A stretch of DNA of 59,178 nt from Phoronis australis (taxonomy: Eukaryota; Animalia; Phoronida), in the NCBI GenBank assembly GCA_002633005.1, contig NMRA01000109.1, positions 347,846 through 407,023 of the forward strand. Direction: 5' to 3'. The notes beneath the pieces were generated by a model that searched no databases, was not told the origin of the DNA, and worked only from the letters and a program-made list of their open reading frames with translations. The translations under genes were made by a program, and so were the position numbers. Positions 12,060 through 25,640 of this stretch are shown here, one piece after another (position 1 is the first letter of the stretch; every line of letters begins with the position of its first letter).

Positions 12060-15000
12060 TAGTCGGTGGGCCAGATTTTGTAGGGCCTCTAGAAAATGGT
12101 TTTTGTGAGTACTTTAGGGGGGCAATTTTATTTTGGTGTTTTTTAATTCATTTATAAGAGTGTTTTCAAAATCTAAAAAGTTCCCACATATAAAGTTGCA
12201 CATTTTTGAGAAATTTGAGTTTGAAGTTACCTAATAATCACCAAAGAGCTTAGTAAACTTATATTTGTAAAAAACAACAGTTTTGGTGACTTTTTTGTAA
12301 AACAAGTTATATGGTCCCATCACTGCCATTGTATTGAACAATATCACACTCACATTACATGTTTTACTATTGTAGATTAATTGTAAACAGGGAAATTTAA
12401 AAAATGTAAAGAGACACCTAGTGGCAAAAATGCAAACTAAGTCTGAATGTTACTAGGATGTTATTCTGGCATTGTCAGGCAACAAAAATAACACAAAACA
12501 CTTGAGACTGGGCAAAATTTGTGCCTCAATGACAAAAACATTGACTAATGGTGTAAAATACAGCTTGTTTGAATAATTCACCAGAAATACGTTATAGTAC
12601 AAAAACAATATAGTTGAATGATCTCTGTGAATGTGCACAACGACTGTATGAAAATAATAGATTATTCTGACAGCGTTTATCAAGCAGTATGAGACAAATA
12701 CATGACGGTGATCAAAGTATGTACTTTCTATGACTTAATCAACAAATAGAATTAACTTTTTAATACAAAAAAGGAAATAACGGGGTTGGAGGTCTATTTA
12801 GGGTTGACTTGTCAAAGAACTATCCAATGTTATGCAGTCATTGTTGCTGATGTTACTACAGTTGTCACAGCTGCACATTTCTGAACAGTTTGACCCAGCA
12901 TTGCAGCACAAACTCAGTTTCCCAGCACACATGTTCTTTTTGCACTAGCAGCGTTCATCGTTTAGTACTGTCAATGGAGATGCGGTCATTGCCATACATA
13001 TTAACTGCAAAGCTCCACCGCCAAGGAGCCAACTATGGTCGATTAGAGAGGGTACAGCACTGCACACTGGTGATTAGCCCGCAGGCAATGAATGGTCAAA
13101 CACTAAGTCCTTGTTTGGAGGCGGAGAGGATTTGGACAAACGTTTGATTCAAAATATGTTATAATGGGCTGTGTTAATTAGAGTCAGCAAGTGAATTATT
13201 GAACACTAGCCTCAATTCACTTTCGTATATCTTAGTCGGGCACAAACTACAACAGTGAGTAGCTTCAACAATATTTCTTAAGATTGCCTGTCCAAATAAC
13301 TTCATGCACACCAGCTTTCTGAAGAACAGCTTCAAAGTCTTGCTTTAGTTTTGAAAGGCAAATGACATCTCCTTGGGTTAGAAGCTTCGATTCAATGAAC
13401 TCCAAACAAAACTGTAGAAAAACATCTCTGAAAAGTGTGAATTCGTCACTCTTCACAATAGTTGTCTTTCTATTTTTTATAGCATGATGATCTGTGGTAC
13501 TTGGCTTCTAAGACGCAAGGTCTTTATCTTTGAATTTCATTTGAGTATTCAGGGCTCTGGACCGAGCTGTTGCTTGTCCAACTGAAAAAAACCCGAACTG
13601 TTAACACTAATTTAACATTCAACTGTGAGTCAGTTGGCATGCAACTTTTTCAGACGGACTTATCAGGAACTGATCCACCACCAGCCTAACAAATTTACAT
13701 GCCATCTGATCTGTAGCCTAATAATGTTGATCGTCTAATAATTAGATCAGTTGATGCAACTGAAAATACATCAGCTGATATACCAGTGCAGTGATTGAAA
13801 TATAATTTTTTTTAAATCAGATGCTCAAACCATAGTCAATCGATTTACACTTAAGGTAATCGACGTTTGACGAAATGAACAGTGGCTTCCATCGTCCTCA
13901 AATTTCGACGGCGACGATGGCCACTTAGGCACTTTAATTTAATTATCATTGCAGCTACCTAAGTAATTAATGTTTACAAAAAATTGAGACTACGGCAGGG
14001 GATGACGGGCACTTGGGCATGTTGTTTGCAACCATCTACTCCATTTAACTTTCTCAATTTTTTTTACTTAAAGTGGTTTAAAATCACACCCACAGTATAA
14101 CGCCATATGATTATCCCTTAGCGCAAGCAGTGTCGATGTAGCAAATGAATGGAGTGTTCGAAAAACAGGATTGCAGGAGTATTTGTTTAAACTGGGAACA
14201 AATGAAAACATTAACGACCTCCTCAGAGGCATCTTTCTACACGGTACTTCTAAACTTATAGGAACATAATTTGCCGAAAAGTATCCGGCATATGGAGTAC
14301 CTATGGTATGATCATCGTCTCTACTGGGTCAGCAATATTGTCTAAGGCCTAGGCAGCCAAGGGGCTAAAAAAGTTAAAAAAAACAACTGGTGATAATACT
14401 GAAACACACATGGCAAACACCAAGATGTATTTTTCAAAAACACGTACCTGTTTTTGAAAGCTATACTTCTTTCTCTTTCTTGAAATGTGGCCCATAATGT
14501 ACTTTTCCTGCTAACAAATGGTGCACTCATGCTACAGAATGTTCTTATCCTGTTCAGGTTAATTGGGTGTTTCAGATTTTGGAAGTATAATCGATTCTCT
14601 TGGGAAATTTTGGATAACATCTGTATCACGTTCAGCAACTTCAGCTTTAGTACTACTGTTGGTGCCTTGAAACATTGCTATGCCGTTCTATGTCCTTTCA
14701 ATTTTTTGGTCTGACACTTGGTCTTCTAGTCTACCTCAGCAGTATACTGTGTAGGCTACCAGGACATGCAGCTGTTTTCTGCACAAGCGTTTGTGACACC
14801 TCTTCTTCTTTTTGATCTACTGATCTACAGAGTTCCACAGTCAATCATCTTTCGTCAGGAAGCTTTCCTAAGCTTTTTTTAGGCTCTGACATCACAATTT
14901 TGTGCTGTTTGATAAACCTTGAATTATACAGGCATCAAACTCTATGGGAGCAGCCATATTGAAGTAACTAAGCACAACAATACAATCTGGCTCTCTGATT

Positions 15001-15218
15001 GGTCAATTCAATAGAAAAGCGCCATCAAGTGGCAGGAAAGTGCATCATATTTTGTACAACAAAAACACCCTTTTTTAAAAAAATGTGCAAGTGTAGACGT
15101 GGGAACTATTTGGAATTTGATTTATAGGTATATTATCTAGCCACATAGAAAAAACTAGGTTGCCCCCCCCCCAAAGTACTCACAAGGATGAAGGCTATGA
15201 GATCTGGCCCACCGACTA
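12060..15218 (-). mobile_element. Academ DNA transposon, internally deleted
   Basis: TIR TAGTCGGTGGGCCAGAT at both ends and 3-bp TSD CCA (12057-59, 15219-21). Minus-strand relics PPNKD..HCLRANHQ and C-terminal Cys cluster C*CKKNMC...CCNAGSNCSEMCSCDNCSN (about 12855-13125), plus ORF 13265-13456. Confidence 0.85.
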
Positions 15219-16190
15219 CCAGTTACCCCACTGAATAACAGTTTTATTGAGTAGAGCTAAGTGTTTCTTTTTGGAAACTCACCCGATGCCGAGTAGGCTA
15301 GCAGCACATATTCATGTTGTCCTGGGTGGGAGTGCTATCAAAATAAGAGTTGTATGGTACGTGATGCACAGAAGTCAAGAGTGACTTTTTCACAGCAGTT
15401 TCTCTTCAAAAATATGTTGCTTCCAATAAAATTCTCTAGATGAGTGAGTTTCCTTATTTTATCGTGGACCCCACCCCCAGGACCACCAGCTCAGTTATCG
15501 AATTAACATGAATAAGCCTTAATTCAGTAAATGTCGTAACATTGCATTGGAAAAAAANTATGGTGATTGGTCTACAGTTTCACATAAAAGTAAATAATTA
15601 CTATTTTCAGAAACCAAGGGTGTATATAATGAGTATTGCATAAAACTGTGTCTTTATTTTTATCCCTAGCCATAGCAATTCTTTAAACGCATAACTTGTC
15701 TGTAAAATATACAAGTTTTTTGAGACAACTTCAAACATTTGTTACCCATTTTCAAGCCTTTTTAATTTTGATACTTTCAGCAATTTTAAACTCAGATTAC
15801 AGGTTCATGGGTCTGTCAAGCATACTTCTAGCCTAAGGTTGAGGGAACCGTTTTTCTTCTAATAGAAGATATGAAGACTTGGGTCATTTAAAAATGATGG
15901 ATTATCTTTCTGTTGTTTAAGAGTAATTACAAATCGTAAGGCACCATCAAAAATGCAATTTTCACAAAATGGCAGTCATTTGAATTTATAACGACTTGCA
16001 ACATTTCAAGGCATGAGTTAAGACTATTCAGTCACTGTGAATTCGGAAAATGTAATATATTTTTGGTGGTTTTACAATTGATACAAGTAGCAAAACAGTT
16101 TCATGAAATCAACTTGAAGGGACTTCGTGAAGGTTAAGAATTACCTCACCATGCTCTTTTCCTCAAACATGTATTACCTGTTATTTCCAG

Positions 16191-16347
16191 TTGTACCAAA
16201 TATTACAACCCCCAATGCCAATCCCCCCTCGGAAAATTTCCCAAAACCGTATTTTGATATCAATTGTCTAAAAGAAGAAGATACCCAAGTGTTTTTCCAT
16301 CCCGATCTAAATCAGCTAACATGTTATAAGCCCCTTTAGCGTATATA
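16191..16347 (+). CDS. Probable exon (VVPNITTPNANP...DINCLKEE...LTCYKP) with a +1 frameshift near its 3' end
   Basis: Strong ttatttccag acceptor and A|gtaagt donor; 157 nt = 3n+1. Removing one C from CCCC 16331-16334 gives ...KPFSVY and a phase 1-1 exon. Confidence 0.6.
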
Positions 16348-17336
16348 GTAAGTGGAATTTTCAACAACTGTAGCCAATATTTTACGTATGTGATCAAGTA
16401 CTTTGCATGGAGCGGATAAAACTCGCATTCGTCCCATGTAGCTGCGTTTGGGAATGAATTTCTAACTCCAAGAGCATTTAAATTTTTCAAAGTTTAACAC
16501 ATACCATTTCAGGTGATTTTTGATTCAGTCTGAAGAGTTTTTTCAATTATTAACCCACAATCGCACAATGCCTTCCACACCGAACTTTGTGTCACGGAAT
16601 AGAAGGAATACGTGGGTGGTTAATAAACTATTGTTATAAGATCGCCAACAGCTGAAAAACACTACAGATTGGTTAATATTTGTATTTTTGATTTGCCTTT
16701 AATTTGGTGTAGTGCACTACAAATTTCATCAACATGAACCCGATTCTCTGACTAAGCTCCCTAAGCTTTCAAGGAATTCCCAATTTGGTGTGTACGCTAT
16801 CTTAAAATTAAGCAGAATTCTAAGCCCAAGCATGCAAGAGCATTCAACAACACAGTCTTCGTCAGCAAAAAAAAATTCCATTCACACTACGTTGGCCATC
16901 TTTTTTCAATAACGCACAATATTTAATCAAAAATTAAGCCGAAAATCTGCATTAAATCCAGTTGACTTTGAAAAAATTCAACGTCATGTTCGAAGACTAA
17001 AATTATTTGGGCTGAGCTTTATTTGAATAAAATGGTTTGTGTAAAGTTTTGTTTCATGAAGGTTTTTACCAAAAATGAAGCGGAAGTAGTATCTTTAAGA
17101 TCGTTGTGGTATTTTTATCAGAAGAATGTCTTTTGGAAAAGAAGTTTTCAATCCAGCAGCTTTTTTACGAAAACAGCAGTTTTCGATAAAGGCACATGCC
17201 ATAAACGTCGCCGTTAAACAGAACAGTACGAGAAAATTTGTTTTTTATGAAAAAAAAAACTAAATATTGTCGAACTCCATTTTTGCCTTTCGTTTTTTCT
17301 GAATTTGGGTTAACCTTTTTATTCCTCATATTCCAG

Positions 17337-17639
17337 ATTGGATTCCAAACATCGATTGTAGGACAACACAAAAAGGGGAAAAGTACGTTGGTTACGTGAG
17401 TATGACGGTTCAAGGGACCATGTGTGAACCGTGGAACAGGCCTAATGTTGCTCAGGGATCAATTCATCCTGTGAAAAATGGCAAATTCGAGCCGTATACC
17501 CACTTCCCTGATGGCCTTAATTATACGAAATTCTGCCGAAACCCAGATGGCTCAAGACAACCATGGTGCTTTGTTTATTGGAAAGATGCCCTACCGGAGG
17601 GCAAGGGTCGATGGGCTTATTGTGATATACCCATGTGTC
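17337..17639 (+). CDS. Exon encoding a canonical kringle domain
   Basis: ttccag acceptor, C|gtaagt donor, 303 nt, phase 1-1; DCRTTQKGEKYVGYVSMTVQGTMCEPW...FCRNPDGSRQPWCF...WAYCDIPMC. Confidence 0.95.
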
Positions 17640-19465
17640 GTAAGTATACAGGAAACTTTTGAAGCTGTCTACTAGCTGAATGTCGGAATAACTAGCCGTA
17701 TTGAAATTCACTATCCCGGCAGACGGCGATCAGGTCTTGGTGGACAGGCAGCTCCTCCAGATCCCATGTAGTGTGGTACAAACTTCAAATGTCCACCCGC
17801 GAATAAAAGAAAAGTTTTAGAAATGTCAATATGTGAACAGAGATCATCTCCCATACGCTTCCCACTATGCTTAGGAATCCGAGACAACGCCTGTGGCTGA
17901 GTTTGGTTAGTGGGGGTATTTCTGTCTCAGCCGGCTTCAAAAATATAAAATAAATTTGTGAACTTAATGTAATAAAACAATGGGATGGGCTGACCATGGC
18001 GTTTGCTCCCATGCTTTTTAATTCATGAACCAATGCCTACTAATCGGACGCCTGCCCACCAAATCTGAGTCGGGACCAAATAGAAGTCACACGCTCTAGT
18101 TACTCTAGAGGAGTATCAGAAAATACCAACACTGGCAAAAATCGAGTAATTGGAGGAATTCAGTCAGCGAGGATAATGTATATTTTAGGAAACAAATCAC
18201 AAGCAGGGTGTTAGTAAACAGTAGCAACCCCATGGAGAAGGGAGATTGGACAGTATGCTGGTATATATCCTAGAGGATTCTATCCAAGGAAGTGGCCTGT
18301 GTGAAGTAATAAACATATGGTAGGCCTGCAGAAAGTATAAGCAAGAAGGCTACATTTCTTTTCAAAAACGATCATCTTAACAACATATGAAAATGGGTAC
18401 AATTTCAAAAAAAATCAAAATACACGACATGGTGACTTAGTGCAGGTCCAATGTAGCAGATATATTTCCAAAGCACTACCCACTCATGTAGCGCTCAATA
18501 TGCCTCGAAAGAAATATTTTCTTCAACACTTCCTATGGCAAATTATAAAGCAGGTGATCTGGCACACAATTAAATTATATCACAGAAGTCGATACCACGA
18601 TAGAAACTAAACGTTTACCTAAAATTGGAATCAATTTGTACGAAAAAAAAACTATTGCCGCCATATATCCCCGTGTCATTTTTCATCATCAAACGTTTAC
18701 TTGTATTAAACGCCTCTCGTCCGAAGTATTATAAAAAATTAAACATGCACATTTGCACACACAGTCAACGTATTAAAGATTTGTTCTCTTCTTTTACGGG
18801 CAGAATATACACATTCAATAACAGATTATTTGGATTAGTTAACAGGAAAACACAGAATTCTTGAGTTGGATAATTCCATTAAACTCCTTTCATAAAACGT
18901 GACTTAAGTTCACAATATCCCTTTCAAATCAAAATAAAAGGTATTTATCCTCTATAATACCATCATTTCAAATCAAACATAATGTATTATAATATTCCAC
19001 TTTATCGTGTCTACCCACTTCCACTTGTAGTTTATGGTTGGAGCAAGGTCCATTGAATTCGAAAAGCCTGACTTACAAACATGTAGGCCTATTGTTGACT
19101 CACGAGTAGGTGTTAACTTCGAGTCTGCTGTGGCAGATCTACATTAGGATGCCGCAGAAATGGGGCCCAACCACATATTTTCGAAGGCAGAGGTCCGCGT
19201 GCATTCCAATCCGTCTCTGAATAGGGGCCCAAACGCAAATATAAAGGACAATAGCCCTGCAACACTCAGAAACGAAATGCTGGTGGCGTTTTCAGTCGCC
19301 CGTTGTGTGTGTCTTGCGGCCCCCTTTATCCACCAATAGTAATTGTTACTTTATCTTGAAATATTAATCAAACATTCCATAACTCGTCGAACATTTTTTA
19401 CTCTGCAAGCTTAAAAGAGTAATTACACAAAAAACATGTTACAAAAACACTGACATTTTATTTAA

Positions 19466-21296
19466 AGTCCTTCTCTCAAACTGCCTATGTGGTTCCAGTA
19501 TCCGAAAATACTTACTACATAAATTCTTATTTTCGACACTCTTTCTTTATATTCTTTTCGCCTTTCTTGCCAAAAGCGATTTTTAACAGTATTTGACCCT
19601 TCTCTCTGAGCGTATGATTACCGGTTGTCATCGGTTATTTCCGTACCCACATTTCCGGGTCATCAGTTCAGGAACTTGTCCTGAACGCTGCCATTTTTTC
19701 CTTGTAACTGAATGTGCTATGGCTTGCTCGAAAAGTCTTCATTATTTTGTTTTATTAGTAATATATCGTGATTCGTTTGCATATGTAGTGTATTTATAGT
19801 TTGTAGTTAGTGGTCGTTGATTTTTTTGGAATGTTACGCGTACTTAGTATGTTAAAATAGCATTGGTGTTTAGTTCCTTACGTAGGCGGGTCGAACCTAG
19901 GAACCAATATGGGTCGAACCAATTTTTTTTCGGTTTTATTTTTTTCCTCGTTTTGAAAAAGTACTTTGCTATCATCGGAAAGGTAGTACATTCTACTCAG
20001 TAAAAATCGAAAAAGTATCAAAATCGGGGCAAGCAGTGTAAAGTTATTGCAAGTTTTGTGGCGAAATTTGGGTCACTTTGTTTGGATCGCGTCGGCCATA
20101 TTGGAGGACAGCGGGATGAGTTACGAGTTTAAAACTTTGTGTAAATTGTTTTCGCCAACAAATTACGGTAAAATTTAGTTAGACATATCTTTACTTACTA
20201 TTCTGCACGATTTAGCAGTGTTCACCAAATTTCAGCCTCGCAGTTGTTACTCATTAAGTGATAAATGTGCTCACAATTCCCGTTGGACTTCGTCTCATTT
20301 CTGGCGGCACCTACAATGTCGACTTTTGCTGAACTGAAAGGCATGTTCAATCGGCTACTTTGTAATTTGTGAAGATTTAACGTTGATACATTTTGACAAA
20401 CGTTGCTACAAAAAAGAAACTTTGTTCAATTTTCGTGTTTTTTGTGTTTGTGGCCAGCGACCAGTTAGGCCTAAGGGTAGTCTTGGCGCAAAGCTGTCTC
20501 CCGTTCAGTAACGCTAGGACCTCGCTAAAAAGCAAGACTTCGCGAGAATACGTGAGATTTCGCCGTGTATTTTGAATAAGAACACGTGACTTTGACTAGG
20601 TTTTAGCTAGGTCCTAGCGTAGGTCCTAGCGTCTACTGAACGCACGCCTGTATAGGCCTACTAACAAGCTGTATTTTGACTATAGTCTTCACTGGTTGCT
20701 GGTGACTGAGGCTAACTAAGGTCTGCCGCGGCAGTGTGACACAGGACTAACCAGCCCGTAATTTCATGCAAGTGTCTGAAACTACCCTTGAATATATGCA
20801 GCATTTATGATTTGACCATTTTACTTCGACAAAACAGCTTGCAACCTGCATGCATTTACCGTTCGCCAGTGTCTGGTCTCGATCGGCACCGGGTCCGATA
20901 GGCTGCGGTCCCGAGTCTGGCAAAATAATTTCTGTCAAAATTTATTCGCCACATTTCTTCAGCAAATTCCATAAAATTGTCCGTAGTTTGATTTTATCAA
21001 AATTAAGGGGCGCTGTCGATTAATTTATCACCGTTTGCTGGCTGGTAACAGTACAGGCACTGCTCCAGTCGCACTGACGGCGTTTTCTCGGCCTGGGTTC
21101 CTGAATGAATTGTACTTCCGGGTTCGCGGCAAGTTCAAAATGGCGGTGGTTCTTCGGGTGCGAATCGTGTGGGGCTCGTTCATTTAAACTTTTTTCGAGT
21201 ACGGATCGTGTATTAGTTATGGGGTAGGTACTTCTTGGATCCTTATAACATCTTCTAACCATGTAATAAGGGTTAACAACGCGTGAGAGAAGGACT
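19466..21296. mobile_element. Kolobok-like non-autonomous DNA transposon
   Basis: TIR AGTCCTTCTCTCA, TTAA TSD (19462-65, 21297-300); empty site with a single TTAA at about 34891 in the paralogous hAT copy. Confidence 0.8.
20497..20647. mobile_element. 151-bp MITE (Harbinger-like, CWG TSD)
   Basis: Subterminal inverted repeats CGTTCAGTA..CGCTAGGACC; flanked by CTG on both sides. Confidence 0.6.
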
Positions 21297-21580
21297 TTAA
21301 TGCACACACATGCCTGCTGTTACATGTATATACAGTGCATGAACTCCAAGTAGGGCTTTCTTGCAGTTTTAAAGTTAGTAAAATACCAGGTACTAGTGAC
21401 CTGTCCAAAGATAGAATGTTTAGTTACAGAATCCTCTACAAATGTTCTTGTCCGCAGTATTGTTCTTGTCCAAGTTACATGATCTGGACTGATATCTATC
21501 AGCAGTTCTGTGTTGTCGAATCCAAGTTTCGGCATCAGGTTGCGGGTAGAACATGCAAAGCGGGGGAAAACAAGCTGAAG

Positions 21581-21733
21581 CATGGGCGGCGCACCATAGA
21601 GGGCTCGGGTTTATAGCCAACCCCCCCCCCCCACTTTTTTCAGTGTTACGCTTCACATGGTATGTAGGCAGTGCACCAAAGGGGGGCTGAGGGGCTTTAG
21701 TTCCCCTCTTTTTTCAGTGCTGTGCCACCACTG
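21581..21733. mobile_element. hAT5-like MITE (5-bp TSD)
   Basis: CATGGGCGGCGCAC...GTGCCACCACTG with tgaag duplicated; absent from the paralogous copy near 34590. Confidence 0.55.
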
Positions 21734-22920
21734 TGAAGTAAGAACGAGCCTCCTTTACAATCCGATTCACTTCGCTGAATCCTCGCTCGCATTCAGCTGT
21801 ACTGCAAGGAAGAGTCTTGTGCAGAGGTCCAGTTGTAGCAGAGCACTTGGTAGGTTGTCTACTCTAACCGTCTCCTGTATTGCTAAAAACTCACGCATTC
21901 CCCTGATTGCTGTTGTGGCAACCAGCCCAAACATCTCGGAAGACCCCTGAATTCGTGCTCGCCATGTCTTATCTAAAATCCCATCGGCAACGTTTTGGGG
22001 TCGAAGATGCACAGAAAAGAGCAAAGTGGCTGCTCATCATCGTCAATTGAACGTCTCTCTAAGTTCACGAGAACATTTTGAATAACCTGTCCAGGACGTA
22101 TGGTCAAGGTTGTCATTTTTGGGGTTTCCTTAAGTTCCATTGACCCAAGCCTTTTCTCTTGAGGGCATGTCAGTGTAGAATCGAATGCCTTCCCAATATT
22201 AGCTTTTAGCACAGTTTTGCTTCTGCATTGTAGATCCACAAACAGGCATGACAACTTTTCTAGCACATCGTGCATCAGCGTTTGATTCTGAGAGAACGTG
22301 GGACTTTCTAAATATTGCAGTTATCCCAATAACATGCTCCGATCTCATGGATCAGGGTTTCTGTGCTCACTGGCTAACTCGAAATGTTGATGTAGCGGGT
22401 TCAATGAAATGGGGCTGTTTATTTTTAACGATTTGCAGTACATCCGAGTTTTGCTAATCGTAAGCTCATTGAATCATGCCTGGCGGTCGCGCGCGCCGTA
22501 ATGTTCTGCAACAATGATGTCGTCAGCTATTACGCATCGATACAGTAAGTTCTCGCATGAAGAAGACTAAGTCCCACTAGACCGTCACTTAAATTTCGGT
22601 GCGTAGAGACTACGTTTTAAAGTACATTTTAAGAAATGTAACAAGAGAGAACTGCACCCACGAATGCACTACAAACGGTGTGCGTCTAGAGTTGTATTTT
22701 GTTCCATAAAAATAGCCACTAGATGGCGCAAAAACCTCAAATCCATCTGGAAAGAGTGACATGTCGTCCCTTGTTTAAGAGAAAGCTATTTCCCAAATTT
22801 CATAAACAATTGTCAAGGAACTTCAGAGAAAGAAACCAAAACGGAAAAAATGGCACAGTGTTCAAAAAATCCACCTGAAGGACATGGTTGTCTGTTGTTA
22901 GCTTCATACAAATGCCGTTA

Positions 22921-25640
22921 AAAAAGAGTTCAGGTGGCCTGATGCCTTTTGCGGTACATCAGGAGTGATTAGGCCACAAGACCAGGCCCATTACACAAAT
23001 CAGTTCAATTTGACTCATGGGGACACGACATCTCCGGATTCCTCATGGGTAAAATCTTCCAATCTTCCTGTTTGTTTCAGGAAGACATAAAGACTATTAA
23101 ACCTGTATGAACTAACAATGTTAACCGAGCAGGTTATTTGTCTATCAACTAGTAGATTACGGTGTCTATTATAGGCAGGGCAAATCTTCACCAGTTGTTG
23201 AGTCTTAGCTTCCAAGCCTTAGTTGGGATGCAATGAGCATGCCACGTGGCCTGAGATGTCCAGTAATAACCTGGGTCAGCTGTCTTATAACAAACCTATG
23301 CAAATATAACAGTTTCGTTGAACCTTTTGGTTAAATAGGACTTGGAAAAGTTATTTGGTTTGTCTGCAGGCAGAGAGCTTTCTCCATGCATCCAAGGACA
23401 GTTTGCGCACTTAGTGTCTTGCCTTTGCTCTGCAGCACCTATAGGCCACCAGTATGCAAGACTCTGGTACAAAACAGGCATTAATGACTGCTTGGCTGTC
23501 TGAGAGTATGAAGAGTTCCTTGTTTCCAAGGACAGCTTCGTGCTCCCTTGCCAGTTGGGCAACCTTGTGAATGGCAACAATTTCAGCCTGAAAGACTGTA
23601 ACGGTGTTACCCAGTGAGATCCAGCTTTCTTTGTGGTCCCCTGCAAGGTCTTTAAAGTAAATTCCTTATCCTGACTGGTAGTTGTCAAGTTTAGAGCCAT
23701 CAGTGTAACGAACGGACTGTTGGTCATGTAATCAATGATTTCGTGACCATCTCCAATTTCTATCCAAAAGTTATGTTTGTGATTTAGGGTAGTCACTAAA
23801 ATATCACATGGCATTGCCAAAGGTGTTCCAGTTTCTGACATTAACCTGGCTCTCATGAGCAACAGTATCAGTGATTTGCACATTACTCCGTCTCCCTTTA
23901 CGCCGCTGAGGTAAATGTACAAGGGTGGCAAACCAATAAGCATTGCCATTGCAACTGTGGGTGTCCCTAGAAAAGCAGAAGTAAGGCACAAGCAAGCTAA
24001 ACGCTGTATTTGTGTCAGTTTAGTTCTAACAGTGCTCTGTTCAAGAGATGTTATCCATACAGATGCGGCGTAAGCTAACATCGATCTGATAACATCAATG
24101 TATATCCAGAGAGAATTCTTGGGAGAAAGTTCCCAAGTTTTACCGAATACTCGGCAACACCTTATCAGGGCCGACTTGGCCTTGGTTATCTTGTTCATCA
24201 CGTGAAGTGTCCAACAAAGGCGATGGTGGAGATTAACGCCTAGGTAGGTGACTTTTTTCTTGAAGTGGGAGTTCAGTACCATAAAGCTTTAATTGTATTA
24301 CATTCCACTTCCGCTTCCAGGTGAACATGACCCCTTTTATTTCACTGCTATGGATCTCCAAGCCAACCAACTGTCTTGGTCCATCGAATAGCAATATTAA
24401 GTGCCTTCTGGACAACACTGCTGCATGTGCAAGCATCAACACTCGACACACAGAAGACAAGGGTCATTAGCATAGGTCTGTACAACTAGACCTTGCTCTA
24501 TGTTAGCCAACAGCTGCGTAAACAGGAAGTCCATGACCATTTTGATGAGAGCACATGAAGCGGTGCCACCTTATGGAGTACCTCTAGTCAGACAGACAGC
24601 CGCACTACATGTAGCTCAGTCAAGCTTAGCTGTTACATTCTGACTGCTCAGCATGTTGTCAGAATATAGAGTGACACTGTTTTCAGTTGTATTGGTTTGT
24701 TTTGTTTTCTTTTGTTTTGTTTTGTTGTTCTGTTTGATTGACATGACTCCTGAGTTAAGTACAGCGGTGGTGTAATTTGTTTACTACTGATTAGTATGGA
24801 ACTTTCTAGAAGACTGAATTCAGTGCGATGATGAAGTAATTTGTTCACTAGTTTATAGTGTGGAACTTTCTAGAAGACTCTAGCATGGCAGTGATCAATG
24901 CATTAGTATGTGTAGATTCCGGAAAGTTCTGGCATGTGCTTGAATTGATGAAAAGTTGTAGAACAATGCATTAGTATATAAATATACAAGCACATGTCTG
25001 TGAGTCAATTAATCAGAAAAAGCAGTTCAAGAGTTCAGCAGTTGCAGTTAACAGGCATCAGGTTGTTTATTCAGCGAGTGTAACAGTTAATGAAAGTGTC
25101 TCAGAAGTTCACCACAAGTCAAGGCGTCGCTGCGCTGGCTGGAGAGTAGAACAGACATTACGTGAGACTTTTTGTTCGAATAGGATTGTGAACGTACAGT
25201 CGAGATTAATAAAGGATTAACTCGAACCAGTGTTCAGTCTATCATCGCACCGAAAGCTATTAGAACCGGTATGTAACAACCTGCGGCCACCCACACCCGG
25301 GAAAAACGTGACAAATGTACATATTCCAGCTCAAAAGTCCTTTGCCAATCTGAAATTGAACAATTGCATTATAGACAGCATCATGTTTAATGTAGGTGAA
25401 GGCACCGACAATGTCGATGAAAGCGCCAAGAGCAAACATTTTATTGAATACAGCATTTTCTGACCTGGTGATGAAGAGGAGTCTCTGTAGAAAAGCCACC
25501 TCTGTAAACGTACTGATTTCTCAGAATTCTGCTCATCTTGCCTTGCTAAGTGCCACAGAACCAAGACCTTTCAATAAGAAGGAAGTTAGAGTAATAGTAC
25601 TAAAGGATTCAGTTACTAAATCTAATAAAGACACTGCAGT
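22921..25640 (-). mobile_element. LOA/Lian-like non-LTR retrotransposon (RT + RNase H), 5' truncated, decayed
   Basis: TSFLLK, GAFIDIVGAF, RGTP*GG, VTYLGV...GKTWELSPK...IQRLACL..TP, and RNase H ICYTDGSK...VFQAEI (frameshifted). Confidence 0.85.
24657..25313 (+). mobile_element. Solo LTR
   Basis: TGTCA...TGACA termini, 5-bp TSD catgt/aatgt (one mismatch), TATA-like tatataaata at about 24976 and AATAAA at about 25209; splits the LINE RT frame. Confidence 0.75.

Noticed and set aside
17720-18000. CR1-like 3' end relic (FFYSRV motif, minus strand)
   Set aside because: Too short and degenerate to support.
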